Below, one piece after another: positions 1 through 12,900 of a stretch of DNA of 64,000 nt (its first letter is position 1; each line of letters starts with the position of its first letter). The translations under genes were made by a program, and so were the position numbers. Origin of the DNA: Balanoglossus misakiensis (lineage: Eukaryota; Animalia; Hemichordata); assembly GCA_040954595.2 (NCBI GenBank), contig CM082581.2, positions 2,596,699 to 2,660,698 on the forward strand, read 5' to 3'. The notes beneath the pieces were generated by a model. The model ran no database searches. It worked only from the letters and a program-made list of their open reading frames with translations, and had not been told where the DNA came from.

Positions 1-499
1 ACTGATTGGTGGTTTAAAAAACAACGAGTGTAAAAAGTAATCCATCGTGGAGTCAAAAAAAACAAAAACAACAAAAAAAAACACTAACACACACAGAAGA
101 AAATCTCACCTATTGTAAAAAAAAACCACCAAGCTCACCAAAAAATACGCCCACAAGGCAGTTGAAAAAAAAAATCACTTATGTGTCACAAAAAAACTAC
201 GCGCACATTTTTCACGAAAAACGCACACTTCATCCCCACAAAAAATACACACAAAGTATTAAAAAGAACACTCTTTGAAAAAAAAGAGAGACTACAACTT
301 GAAAAAAATGCATACCCCCAGAACAAACAACACAGGCAAACATAGAAAAAACACGAACATGTTAGCCATAAAAAACGGAGATATTTGTCACCGAAAAAAA
401 ACCCCGCACTCATGTCACCCTAAAACTAACGGACCGCTTTAAAAAACGCAGATGCACTGAGGTTGCAAAAATAAGCACATTTCTAATCCCCCGAAAAAA

Positions 500-960
500 A
501 AACAGGCAATTTGAAAAAAACGCACAGCAATTTGCAAAAAAAAATATATTGGAACATTTGTCACCCAAAAAAACAAGCAATTTGAAAAAAAAAACGCAGA
601 GCAATTTGCAAAAAAAAAAAATATAGGAACATTTGTCACCCAAAAAAACAAGCAATTTGAAAAAAAAAAACGCAGAGCAATTTGCAAAAAAAAAAATATA
701 GGAACATTTGTCACCCAAAAAAAACAGGCAATTTGAAAAAAAAACGCAGAGCAATTTGCAAAAAAAAAAAAAATATAGGAACATTTGTCACCCAAAAAAA
801 CAGGCAATTTGAAAAAAAAACGCAGAGCAATTTGCAAAAAAAAAAAATAATAGGAACATTTGTCACCCAAAAAACAGGCAATTTGAAAAAAAAAAACACG
901 ATATAAAATTTGAAAAAAAAATATATAGGCATATTTGTCACCCAAAATATTCAGGCAGAT
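500..960 (+). repeat. ~70-bp A-tract-rich tandem subrepeats in the foldback left arm
   Basis: Repeated GGAACATTTGTCACCC-A(n)-CAGGCAATTTG-A(n)-CGCAGAGCAATTTGC-A(n) units, about 6 copies. Confidence 0.9.
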
Positions 961-2589
961 CCAAGTTGTAAAAAATGGTATATTTGTCATCCAAAAAATA
1001 AAACAAGCGTGTTTAAAAAAAACGAGCATTCAGTTGTAAAAATAAATAATAGTCTTTAACAACTTGAAAAAAGAAAACGGACGCACTTGAAAGAATAGCG
1101 TATGCGCATGCGCCGAAAAAAAAATGAGTGAGAAATGCGCTCCAAAAAAAAAAAAGTGAGAGATTTTGCTAGAGGAGTCTGGGTAATCTTAAAAAAAAAC
1201 AGAGTGTGAAAATAAGTTGACTCGAAGAAGAGAAAAGAAAGGGGAAACACACAAACCGTCACACAGGACAAACAACAGTCTCCTCATCGCCGAGGCGTAC
1301 GCGTGATGATATGACAAGTGTTTACGTCTGTGAGGTGGTGTGTGTATGTGTCGGATAGAACGCGAGTCGACTAGAATCCGAGTCGACTGAAGGTTACTGT
1401 GGTGGACGCGAATATGTGGTCGCCATTGTGGGATTCCTTCGTGAAGGAAGTGAAGCCACTTGTTCGGGACCACATAAACATGATACCGTCATGATACCAC
1501 ACAGTCAAACATGACACCACTGGCACTACGTCCGCGGTTTGCTATTCTAGATTTGGTCTACAGAAATCGTGAAATTTGTAGCATAATCATCTGTGATGTA
1601 AGACAAATCTAAACCCCAAACGGCAGAACTGAACGTTGCCCATAACGTAAGAGTTGGCATGGTGCCCACAACTAATACTGTCTTCTGTGCAGTACTAGCG
1701 AACTATACAAAAAATCAGCTCAGTTTTGACAACTTATAAATATTGGAAAAAAATATTTTATTTAGAAACTGTTTGTTATTTGTTGTATTTTTCAAAGTGA
1801 GGTATGAATGACCTTCGGGAAATCGTTGTCATGTGTATGAATTCACCGCAAATCGTTTGTTTACATTTGGCTGGTAAAAGGTCAAATACCCCAAAGGAGT
1901 CGCTCAGTCCATAATTAGTTGATCGTCTCCGCGTCATCCGCGTTGAAACTCTGTGTACTGTACAAAAGAATATGGAAAGTTATTGTACGTTTCAGCATCA
2001 CAGGTTACAGCAGGAGTTGTTCATAATGACAGTTCGTTCGACCATGTTAAACGCAACGCTCCGGTCATATGTGGTCCCGAACAAGTGGCTTCACTTCCTT
2101 CACGAAGGAATCCCACAATGGCGACCATATATTCGCGTCCACCACAGTAACCGTCAGTCGACTCGGTTTCTAGTCGACTCGCGTTCTATCCGACACATAC
2201 ACACCACCTCACAGACGTAAACACTTGTCATATCATCACGCGTACGCCTCGGCGATGAGGAGACTGTTGTTTGTCCTGTGTGACGGTTTGTGTGTTTCCC
2301 CTTTCTTTTCTCTTCTTCGAGTCAACTTATTTTCACACTCTGTTTTTTTTTTAAGATTACCCAGACTCCTCTAGCAAAATCTCTCACTTTTTTTTTTTGG
2401 AGCGCATTTCTCACTCATTTTTTTTTTCGGCGCATGCGCATACGCTATTCTTTCAAACGCGTCCGTTTTTTTTCTTTCAAGTTGTTAAAGACTATTATTT
2501 ATTTTTACAACTGAATGCTCGTTTTTTTTAAACACGCTTGTTTTATTTTTTGGATGACAAATATACCATTTTTTACAACTTGGATCTGC

Positions 2590-3070
2590 CTGAATATTTT
2601 GGGTGACAAATGTGCCTATATATTTTTTTTTCAAATTTTATATCGTGTTTTTTTTTTCAAATTGCCTGTTTTTTGGGTGACAAATGTTCCTATTATTTTT
2701 TTTTTTGCAAATAGCTCTGCGTTTTTTTTTTTTTTTTTCAAATTGCCTGTTTTTTTGGGTGACAAATGTTCCTTTATATTTTTTTTTTTTGCAAATTGCT
2801 CTGCGTTTTTTTTTCAAATTGCCTGTTTTTTTGGGTGACAAATGTTCCTATATATTTTTTTTTGAAAATTGCTCTGCGTTTTTTTTTTCAAATTGCCTGT
2901 TTTTTGGGGGTGACAAATGTTCCTATTTTTTTTTTTTTTTTTGCAAATTGCTCTGCGTTTTTTTTTTTCAAATTGCCTGTTTTTTTGGGTGACAAATGTT
3001 CCTATTTTTTTTTTTTTTTTTTGCAAATTGCTGTGGTTTTTTTTTCAAATTGCCTGTTTTTTTTTTCGGG
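2590..3070 (-). repeat. ~70-bp tandem subrepeats in the foldback right arm
   Basis: Reverse complement of the 500-960 units (GGGTGACAAATGTTCC...GCAAATTGCTCTGCG...). Confidence 0.9.
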
Positions 3071-4035
3071 GGATTAAAAATGTGCTTATTTTTGCAACCT
3101 CAGTGCATCTGCTTTTTTTTAAAGTGGCCCGTTAGTTTTGGGGTGACATGAGTGCGGGTTTTTTTTTTCGGTGACAAATATCTCCGTTTTTTATGGCTAA
3201 CATGTTCGTGTTTTTTCTATGTTTGCCTGTGTTGTTTGTTCTGGGGGTATGCATTTTTTTCAAGTTGTAGTCTCTCTTTTTTTTCAAAGAGTGTTCTTTT
3301 TAATACTTTGTGTGTATTTTTTGTGGGGATGAAGTGTGCGTTTTTCGTGAAAAATGTGCGCGTGGTTTTTTTGTTACAAATTAGTGATTTTTTTTTGCAA
3401 CTGCCTTGTGGACGTTTTTTTTGGTGAGCTTGGTGGGGGTTTTTTTGACAACAGGTGAGATTTTCTTCTGTGTGTTTTTTGTTTTTTGACTCCACGATGG
3501 ATTACTTTTTACACTCGTTGTTTTTTAAACCACCAATCAGTTTTTTGTGTTTTTTACGTATTTGTTTTGTTAAAAGACATCAATTTTCTATAAAATAATG
3601 ATAAATAATTTTGAAACACTTGGCGCGCCGTAAAGGTCATCACAGGGTGAAATATGATATCATCACTTTCGACATTCAAGATGGGGGACTTAAAGTCACA
3701 AATATTCAAGACAAAGTGCATGCACTTCGTCTCAAGTGGTTGTGTAAATTGCTGGATAAAGATTATGTTCACAAATTCAAGCTGTTTTTCACCTACAACT
3801 TAAATAAGTATTTCGATCTCAATTGTGGTGTTGACACTTTTAAAATGTTACTTTATCCTACCAACTTACGTCAGTGTTCTACATTCTACAGGGAATTGTT
3901 TCAGTCTTGGTCGCATCTTTTCAAATATTTTCGTGCACAACCAGTTTCCTACGATGAAATTATCAATGAACCCATTTTTAGGTCCCATTGGTATAGGCAT
4001 ATATACCATGGGACCTTATGGGATCGGTTGCGTCT

Positions 4036-4110
4036 GTATGTATGTATGGATGGATGGATGGATGGATGGATGGATGGATGTATGTATGGATGTATGTCTG
4101 TATGTCCGTC
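4036..4110 (+). repeat. (TATG/GATG)n microsatellite inside the HINE
   Basis: tgtatgtatgtatggatggatggatg... read directly. Confidence 0.95.
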
Positions 4111-4543
4111 CACATCAAAAACTTGAAAACCGCTGCGCGTATCACCTCAATATTTGGTGTGTAGGTGCAGGCTGGGCTGTAGATGGGAGTTTGTCCAAAC
4201 GAAGTTGCCAGGCCCAAAAATATGCAAATTAGGTGGAAAAATGTGAAATTTATCAAAACTCTGAAAGTCAACAACTACTCGTCAGATTGCTTTAAAAATT
4301 GGTATGCATGTACCTTATGTCAACCTCACATCGACCTGTAAGTGTTAAGTTAATATCATGGATGTTTTATTTTTTATGAATTTTTTAGTCTTTTTATTAA
4401 ATTTATACCTTTACTTATACCTCTATGGTTAAGCTATGTCCACGTCTTATTGTGGAATTCTGGTCTGTGCAATAGTCCTGTACAGTGACTGTCTATTGGT
4501 CAGTGAGCACAATGGGGCCAAAATAAAAGGCAAAATTTTGGGC

Positions 4544-5530
4544 TCACCTGTAACACCTGCTGAACACATTAATTATGTGCATACCTAATTCCGGGCTAAC
4601 TAATAGGGCTAGAGGTTTCGTTCTTGTGGGACATGGACCAGTATAGGGTCAAAATTTCTTGCCCAAATTTTGGGTGACCTCAGGTGACCTTTGACCTACT
4701 TTCCTATATCTCGGCATCCAGAGCAGGTACAGACTTGGCGTTTTGAGGGTTGGGACTAAAATTGAAAAGCCAAAATATTGGTCACCTGTAACAACTGCAT
4801 ATCTCATTAATTATGTGCATACCTAATTCCAGGCTAACCAATAGGGCTATAGGTTTGGTTTTTGTTGAACATGGACCAGTATAAGGTCAAAATTTCTTGC
4901 CCAAATTTTGCATGACCTCAGGTGACCTTTGACCTACATTATCATATCTTGGCATCCAGAGCAGGTACAGACTTGGTGTTTGGAGGGTTGGGACTAAAAT
5001 TGAAAAGCCAAAATTGGGGGTCACCTGTGACAACTGCATATCTCATTAATTATGTGCATACCTAATTCCAGGCTATCCAATTGGACTATAGGTTTGGTTT
5101 TTGTTTAACATGGACCAGTATAGGGTCAAAATTTCTTGCCCAAATTTTGCATGACCTCAGGTGACCTTTGACCTACTTTATCATATCTTGACATCCAGAG
5201 CAGGTATAGACTTGGTGTTTGGAGGGTTGGGACTAAAATTGAAAAGCCAAAATAGGGCGTCACCTGTGACACCTGCATATCTCATTAATTATGTGCATAC
5301 CTAATTCCAGGCTAACCAATTGGGCTATAGGTTTGGTTTTTGTTGAACATGGACCAGTATAGGGTCAAAATTTATTGCCCAAATTTTGCATAACCTCAGG
5401 TGACCTTTGACCTACTTTTCCATATCTTGGCATCCAGAGCAGATATGCTTATTGCTATGTTGCTATGTGCTATGTTGGCTTGGGCCCGCTATTCCTGCTT
5501 GCAGATCTGCTTGCAATGTCACCTGTAATT
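4544..5530 (+). repeat. ~239-bp tandem core repeats of the HINE (about 4 copies)
   Basis: CACCTGT(A/G)ACA..TGC...ATTAATTATGTGCATACCTAATTCC recurs at about 4545, 4783, 5022 and 5261. Confidence 0.9.
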
Positions 5531-6998
5531 TTTATTCTGGTGTGTCACTGTTTCCGCATAATCCTCAAATGGGACCACAGTGTCCTTGACGCTATTTTTC
5601 ATAACCCATTCATTACAAGTGTTGAAGGGCGCCCCCTGGCGATTATAAAGCTTTTCAGTTCAGCTGGCATTGTCAAAATCAGGGATTTGTTATACAATGG
5701 TCATTCCTGGGTTCCTACCTGTTGATGCAATTGGTGACGTGGTTTCATTGGCCCATCCTGACACTCCCACAAGCAATACTGTTGAGAAGCTGTACCATAT
5801 TATCCTCAATTCAATTCCTCAAAAGTGGCATGATATTCTGCAGGGTAATTACAAAGATTATAACAAAGTGGACAAAAACCCGTCTCTTTTTATTGTTAAT
5901 GCTCATGATCAACGTGTTCCTTTCCATTCTCTTAAGGTTAGACACATTACTACAATAGCTCGGCATCTGAGAAAAACAGTGCCCACGGGTGTTCAGTATT
6001 GGCTCTTCCACCTGCCAAACTTTGATTTTAGTAAGGTTTGGCCAATCGTTTACACACATTTCAAGGATAATTACCTGGGTGATCTGGATTATCTCATTTG
6101 TCACAACGCTGTTTTTAGTAATCTTCGTCTTTATAAAGCAGGCAAAATCCTCAGTCCGACTTGTGACTTCTGCACATTTTTTCCCGAAGACGTGTATCAT
6201 TTGTTTGTGTGCTGCCAGGCAGTTCAATCCTTGTGGCAACTTGTTTTTGAGTATATCTACAGTGCCAGTAATGTAAATAAGTTTAACCCAACAGATAGAA
6301 TTCTAATGATGTTATTTGGTTATCCTGTCAATGATGACAAGTACGAGTACACGCTGATCAATATTTTATTGTCACTTTCACGTTATACAATTCATAGTAG
6401 AAGATTAGCATACAAGCGTTGTACTCGGAAAATCGACTTGATCAAGTTCTTTAAGTACAAATTAAAACAGAAAATCACTTTTGAATATAACAGGTGCAAA
6501 GCAAGTGATGATGTTGCGCTATTTGAAAGCATCTTTGCACAAAACAATGTACTTGTAACGGTAAAAGATTTTGACTTTACCTTAAATTTTTAAACAGTCT
6601 TTTTGTCTATGTTGTCACCTTCAGTTGAACCTGGCGCCCTCTGGTGTTACATACCATCTTTTTTACTGGTAATTGTTCCTGTAATTAAATTGTATGTCAC
6701 AATTCCATGACAGATTGGAGTATAGGACTTACATAAATGATGGAATACTGTAATGCAATATTGTAAATTTAAAGATTGTTTATGTTGAATGATTTGATTA
6801 CACATGCATTCATTCCGGTGAATGTTTTTTCATCAATATTGTAATGATTTGCAATAGTAGTGTAACATGTTGAAAATTTATGGAATTTATTTAATATGAA
6901 TCTTTCACTGTAATTACAAGCTACTTGTAATGTACAATCTACTTTTAACAGGGCAAGCCAGTGGGCCTGTCCTTTTTAATAAAAGATAAAACAAAAGT

Positions 6999-9900
6999 AA
7001 GGCTAGCCTTTTACCTGAAGGTGTCAACTGATGTTGGTTCGAGACCACTTTTTATTCTATTTCTTTTTTTTTTTGTGAGAACATTTAACGACATTATCAT
7101 TTTAATTTTTATCATTTTCATAAATCCAATTCATTTCAATATCTACGCTGCGTTTTTTATCTGTCGGGTATAAGAAATATGCACGGAAACTTGGTCATTT
7201 TTTGTCGCAGTTCACTTGGGCAAGTCTAAATACGGAGTGCTCAGAAGAGAGAAAGATAAACTCGCTAAAACCGTGTCTTGCCGACCGAATGACCAACCAA
7301 GGAACGAAAAAGTCGTTATTTAGGCCGTAATAAAACGTTTTTGTCGCCGAGGAGTGAATAAAGAACGGTCAGATCGTTGCGGTGCAGGGGACTCTTATTT
7401 TGCACCGCTGCGGTGCAAATTAGATCATTGGAGTTATGCTGCAATATAGTGCGGACAATTTCCGACTTTTTCGAGTACACATCGTGATGGCGAATGGTTC
7501 AGGAAGGCTACCCTTTTACCTGAAGGTGTTAACTGATGTTGGTTTAGGACCACTTTTTTTTCTTTTCTTTTTTGTGAGAATTTTTAACGACATTATCAGT
7601 GTAATTTTTATCATTTTCATAAAGCCAATTCATTTCAATATCAACGCTGCGTTTTTATCTGTCAGGTAAATAAAACATGCAGGGAAACATGGTCATATTT
7701 TTGTCGCGCTTCACTTGGGCATGTCTGAATACGGAGTGCTCAGGAGAGAGAAAGATAAACTCGCTAAAACTGTGTCTTTCCTTCCGCATGACCAACCAAG
7801 GAGCGAAAAAGTCGTTATTTAGGCCGTAATAAAACGCTTTTGTCGCCGAGGAGTGAATAAAGAACGGTCAGAACGTTGCGGTGCAGGGAACTCTTATTTG
7901 CACCGCTGCGGTGCAAATAAGATCATTGGAGTTATGCTGCAATATAGTGCGGAAAATTTCCTACTTTTTCGAGTACACATCGTGATGGCGAATGGTTCAG
8001 GAAGGCTACCCTTTTACCTGAAGGTGTCAACTGATGTTGGTTCGAGACCACTTTTTTATTTTATTTTTTTTTTGTGAGAATTTTTAACGACATTATCAGT
8101 GTAATTTTTATCATTTTCATAAAGCCAATTCATTTCAATATCAACGCTGCGTTTTTTATCTGTCGGGTAAAAGAAACATGCAGGGAAACATGGTCATATT
8201 TTTGTCGCGGTTCACTTTGGCAAGTCTGAATACGGAGTGCTCAGGAGAGAGAAAGATAAACTCGCTAAAACCATGTCTTTCCGTCCGCATGACCAAGGAG
8301 CGAAAAAGTCGTTATTTATGCCGTAATAAAACGCTTTTGTCGCCGAGGAGTGACTAAAGAACGGTCAGATCGTTGCGGTGCAGGTAACTCTTATTTGCAC
8401 CGCTGCGGTGCAGGGAACTCTTATTTGCACCGCTGCGGTGCAAATAAGATCATTGGAGTTATGCTGCAATATAGTGCGGAAAATTTCCGACTTTTTCGAG
8501 TACACATCGTGATGGCGAATGGTTCAGGAAGGCTACCCTTTTACCTGAAGGTGTCAACTGATGTTGGTTCGTGACCACTTTTTTATTTCTTTTTTTTGTG
8601 AGAATTTTTAACGACATTATTATTGTAATTTTTATCATTTTCATAAAGCCAATTCATTTCAATATCAACGCTGCGTTTTTATCTGTCAGGTAAATAAAAC
8701 ATGCAGGGAAACATGGTCATATTTTTGTCGCGCTTCACTTGGGCATGTCTGAATACGGAGTGCTCAGGAGAGAGAAAGATAAACTCGCTAAAACCGTGTC
8801 TTTCCGTCCGAATGACCAACCAAGGAACGAAAAAGTCGTTATTTAGGCCGTAATAAAACGCTTTTGTCGCCGAGGAGTGAATAAAGAACGGTCAGATCGT
8901 TGCGGTGCAGGGGACTCTTATTTTGCACCGCTGCGGTGCAAATTAGATCATTGGAGTTATGATGCAATATAGTGCGGAAAATTTCCGACTTTTTCGAGTA
9001 CACATCGTGATGGCGAATGGTTCAGGAAGGCTAGCCTTTTACCTGAAGGTGTTAACTGATGTTGGTTCGAGACCACTTTTTTTTCTATTTTTTTTTTGTG
9101 AGAATTTTTAACGACATTATCAGTGTAATTTTTATCATTTTCATAAAGCCAATTCATTTCAATATCAACGCTGCGTTTTTATCTGTCAGGTAAATAAAAC
9201 ATGCAGGGAAACATGGTCATATTTTTGTCGCGCTTCACTTGGGCATGTCTGAATACGGAGTGCTCAGGAGAGAGAAAGATAAACTCGCTAAAACTGTGTC
9301 TTTCCTTCCGCATGACCAACCAAGGAGCGAAAAAGTCGTTATTTAGGCCGTAATAAAACGCTTTTGTCGCCGAGGAGTGAATAAAGAACGGTCAGAACGT
9401 TGCGGTGCAGGGAACTCTTATTTGCACCGCTGCGGTGCAAATAAGATCATTGGAGTTATGCTGCAATATAGTGCGGAAAATTTCCTACTTTTTCGAGTAC
9501 ACATCGTGATGGCGAATGGTTCAGGAAGGCTACCCTTTTACCTGAAGGTGTCAACTGATGTTGGTTCGAGACCACTTTTTTATTTTATTTTTTTTTTGTG
9601 AGAATTTTTAACGACATTATCAGTGTAATTTTTATCATTTTCATAAAGCCAATTCATTTCAATATCAACGCTGCGTTTTTTATCTGTCGGGTAAAAGAAA
9701 CATGCAGGGAAACATGGTCATATTTTTGTCGCGGTTCACTTTGGCAAGTCTGAATACGGAGTGCTCAGGAGAGAGAAAGATAAACTCGCTAAAACCATGT
9801 CTTTCCGTCCGCATGACCAAGGAGCGAAAAAGTCGTTATTTATGCCGTAATAAAACGCTTTTGTCGCCGAGGAGTGACTAAAGAACGGTCAGATCGTTGC

Positions 9901-12900
9901 GGTGCAGGTAACTCTTATTTGCACCGCTGCGGTGCAGGGAACTCTTATTTGCACCGCTGCGGTGCAAATAAGATCATTGGAGTTATGCTGCAATATAGTG
10001 CGGAAAATTTCCGACTTTTTCGAGTACACATCGTGATGGCGAATGGTTCAGGAAGGCTACCCTTTTACCTGAAGGTGTCAACTGATGTTGGTTCGTGACC
10101 ACTTTTTTATTTCTTTTTTTTGTGAGAATTTTTAACGACATTATTATTGTAATTTTTATCATTTTCATAAAGCCAATTCATTTCAATATCAACGCTGCGT
10201 TTTTATCTGTCAGGTAAATAAAACATGCAGGGAAACATGGTCATATTTTTGTCGCGCTTCACTTGGGCATGTCTGAATACGGAGTGCTCAGGAGAGAGAA
10301 AGATAAACTCGCTAAAACCGTGTCTTTCCGTCCGAATGACCAACCAAGGAACGAAAAAGTCGTTATTTAGGCCGTAATAAAACGCTTTTGTCGCCGAGGA
10401 GTGAATAAAGAACGGTCAGATCGTTGCGGTGCAGGGGACTCTTATTTTGCACCGCTGCGGTGCAAATTAGATCATTGGAGTTATGATGCAATATAGTGCG
10501 GAAAATTTCCGACTTTTTCGAGTACACATCGTGATGGCGAATGGTTCAGGAAGGCTAGCCTTTTACCTGAAGGTGTTAACTGATGTTGGTTCGAGACCAC
10601 TTTTTTTTCTATTTTTTTTTTGTGAGAATTTTTAACGACATTATCAGTGTAATTTTTATCATTTTCATAAAGCCAATTCATTTCAATATCAACGCTGCGT
10701 TTTTATCTGTCAGGTAAATAAAACATGCAGGGAAACATGGTCATATTTTTGTCGCGCTTCACTTGGGCATGTCTGAATACGGAGTGCTCAGGAGAGAGAA
10801 AGATAAACTCGCTAAAACTGTGTCTTTCCTTCCGCATGACCAACCAAGGAGCGAAAAAGTCGTTATTTAGGCCGTAATAAAACGCTTTTGTCGCCGAGGA
10901 GTGAATAAAGAACGGTCAGAACGTTGCGGTGCAGGGAACTCTTATTTGCACCGCTGCGGTGCAAATAAGATCATTGGAGTTATGCTGCAATATAGTGCGG
11001 AAAATTTCCTACTTTTTCGAGTACACATCGTGATGGCGAATGGTTCAGGAAGGCTACCCTTTTACCTGAAGGTGTCAACTGATGTTGGTTCGAGACCACT
11101 TTTTTATTTTATTTTTTTTTTGTGAGAATTTTTAACGACATTATCAGTGTAATTTTTATCATTTTCATAAAGCCAATTCATTTCAATATCAACGCTGCGT
11201 TTTTTATCTGTCGGGTAAAAGAAACATGCAGGGAAACATGGTCATATTTTTGTCGCGGTTCACTTTGGCAAGTCTGAATACGGAGTGCTCAGGAGAGAGA
11301 AAGATAAACTCGCTAAAACCATGTCTTTCCGTCCGCATGACCAAGGAGCGAAAAAGTCGTTATTTATGCCGTAATAAAACGCTTTTGTCGCCGAGGAGTG
11401 ACTAAAGAACGGTCAGATCGTTGCGGTGCAGGTAACTCTTATTTGCACCGCTGCGGTGCAGGGAACTCTTATTTGCACCGCTGCGGTGCAAATAAGATCA
11501 TTGGAGTTATGCTGCAATATAGTGCGGAAAATTTCCGACTTTTTCGAGTACACATCGTGATGGCGAATGGTTCAGGAAGGCTACCCTTTTACCTGAAGGT
11601 GTCAACTGATGTTGGTTCGTGACCACTTTTTTATTTCTTTTTTTTGTGAGAATTTTTAACGACATTATTATTGTAATTTTTATCATTTTCATAAAGCCAA
11701 TTCATTTCAATATCAACGCTGCGTTTTTATCTGTCAGGTAAATAAAACATGCAGGGAAACATGGTCATATTTTTGTCGCGCTTCACTTGGGCATGTCTGA
11801 ATACGGAGTGCTCAGGAGAGAGAAAGATAAACTCGCTAAAACCGTGTCTTTCCGTCCGAATGACCAACCAAGGAACGAAAAAGTCGTTATTTAGGCCGTA
11901 ATAAAACGCTTTTGTCGCCGAGGAGTGAATAAAGAACGGTCAGATCGTTGCGGTGCAGGGGACTCTTATTTTGCACCGCTGCGGTGCAAATTAGATCATT
12001 GGAGTTATGATGCAATATAGTGCGGAAAATTTCCGACTTTTTCGAGTACACATCGTGATGGCGAATGGTTCAGGAAGGCTAGCCTTTTACCTGAAGGTGT
12101 TAACTGATGTTGGTTCGAGACCACTTTTTTTTCTATTTTTTTTTTGTGAGAATTTTTAACGACATTATCAGTGTAATTTTTATCATTTTCATAAAGCCAA
12201 TTCATTTCAATATCAACGCTGCGTTTTTATCTGTCAGGTAAATAAAACATGCAGGGAAACATGGTCATATTTTTGTCGCGCTTCACTTGGGCATGTCTGA
12301 ATACGGAGTGCTCAGGAGAGAGAAAGATAAACTCGCTAAAACTGTGTCTTTCCTTCCGCATGACCAACCAAGGAGCGAAAAAGTCGTTATTTAGGCCGTA
12401 ATAAAACGCTTTTGTCGCCGAGGAGTGAATAAAGAACGGTCAGAACGTTGCGGTGCAGGGAACTCTTATTTGCACCGCTGCGGTGCAAATAAGATCATTG
12501 GAGTTATGCTGCAATATAGTGCGGAAAATTTCCTACTTTTTCGAGTACACATCGTGATGGCGAATGGTTCAGGAAGGCTAGCCTTTTACCTGAAGGTGTC
12601 AACTGATGTTGGTTCGAGACCACTTTTTTATTTTATTTTTTTTTTGTGAGAATTTTTAACGACATTATCAGTGTAATTTTTATCATTTTCATAAAGCCAA
12701 TTCATTTCAATATCAACGCTGCGTTTTTTATCTGTCGGGTAAAAGAAACATGCAGGGAAACATGGTCATATTTTTGTCGCGGTTCACTTTGGCAAGTCTG
12801 AATACGGAGTGCTCAGGAGAGAGAAAGATAAACTCGCTAAAACCATGTCTTTCCGTCCGCATGACCAAGGAGCGAAAAAGTCGTTATTTATGCCGTAATA

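Larger units (their letters stand above)
1..3631. mobile_element. Foldback-type non-autonomous element with ~1.5-kb inverted arms (left end lies outside the window)
   Basis: 1-1476 is the reverse complement of 2068-3541 (e.g. ACTGATTGGTGGTTTAAAAA vs TTTTTAAACCACCAATCAGT). The 591-bp spacer (1477-2067) has no credible ORF. The right end is ...CACTTGGCGCGCCG followed by TA and then LINE sequence. Confidence 0.8.
3980..5593 (+). mobile_element. Non-autonomous Helentron-type element (HINE/DINE-1/pearl-like)
   Basis: Absent from the right-arm LINE copy and flanked by ATTTTT on both sides. It has a 5' AGGTCCCA with a nearby inverted copy TGGGACCT, a 3' subterminal TGGGACC, a tetranucleotide microsatellite near the 5' end and central tandem repeats. 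Confidence 0.8.
3633..6998 (+). mobile_element. Tx1/L1-clade LINE, 3' part of ORF2 plus 3' UTR (interrupted and frameshifted)
   Basis: Contains DGGLKVTNI and the C-terminal zinc finger CDFC..EDVYHLFVCC, followed by AATAAA and an A-rich tail at 6978-6996. It matches the fuller copy at 53296-59840. Confidence 0.9.

Noticed and set aside
186-3495. Many F/K-rich ORFs
   Set aside because: They are artefacts of poly-A/T tracts in the foldback arms.
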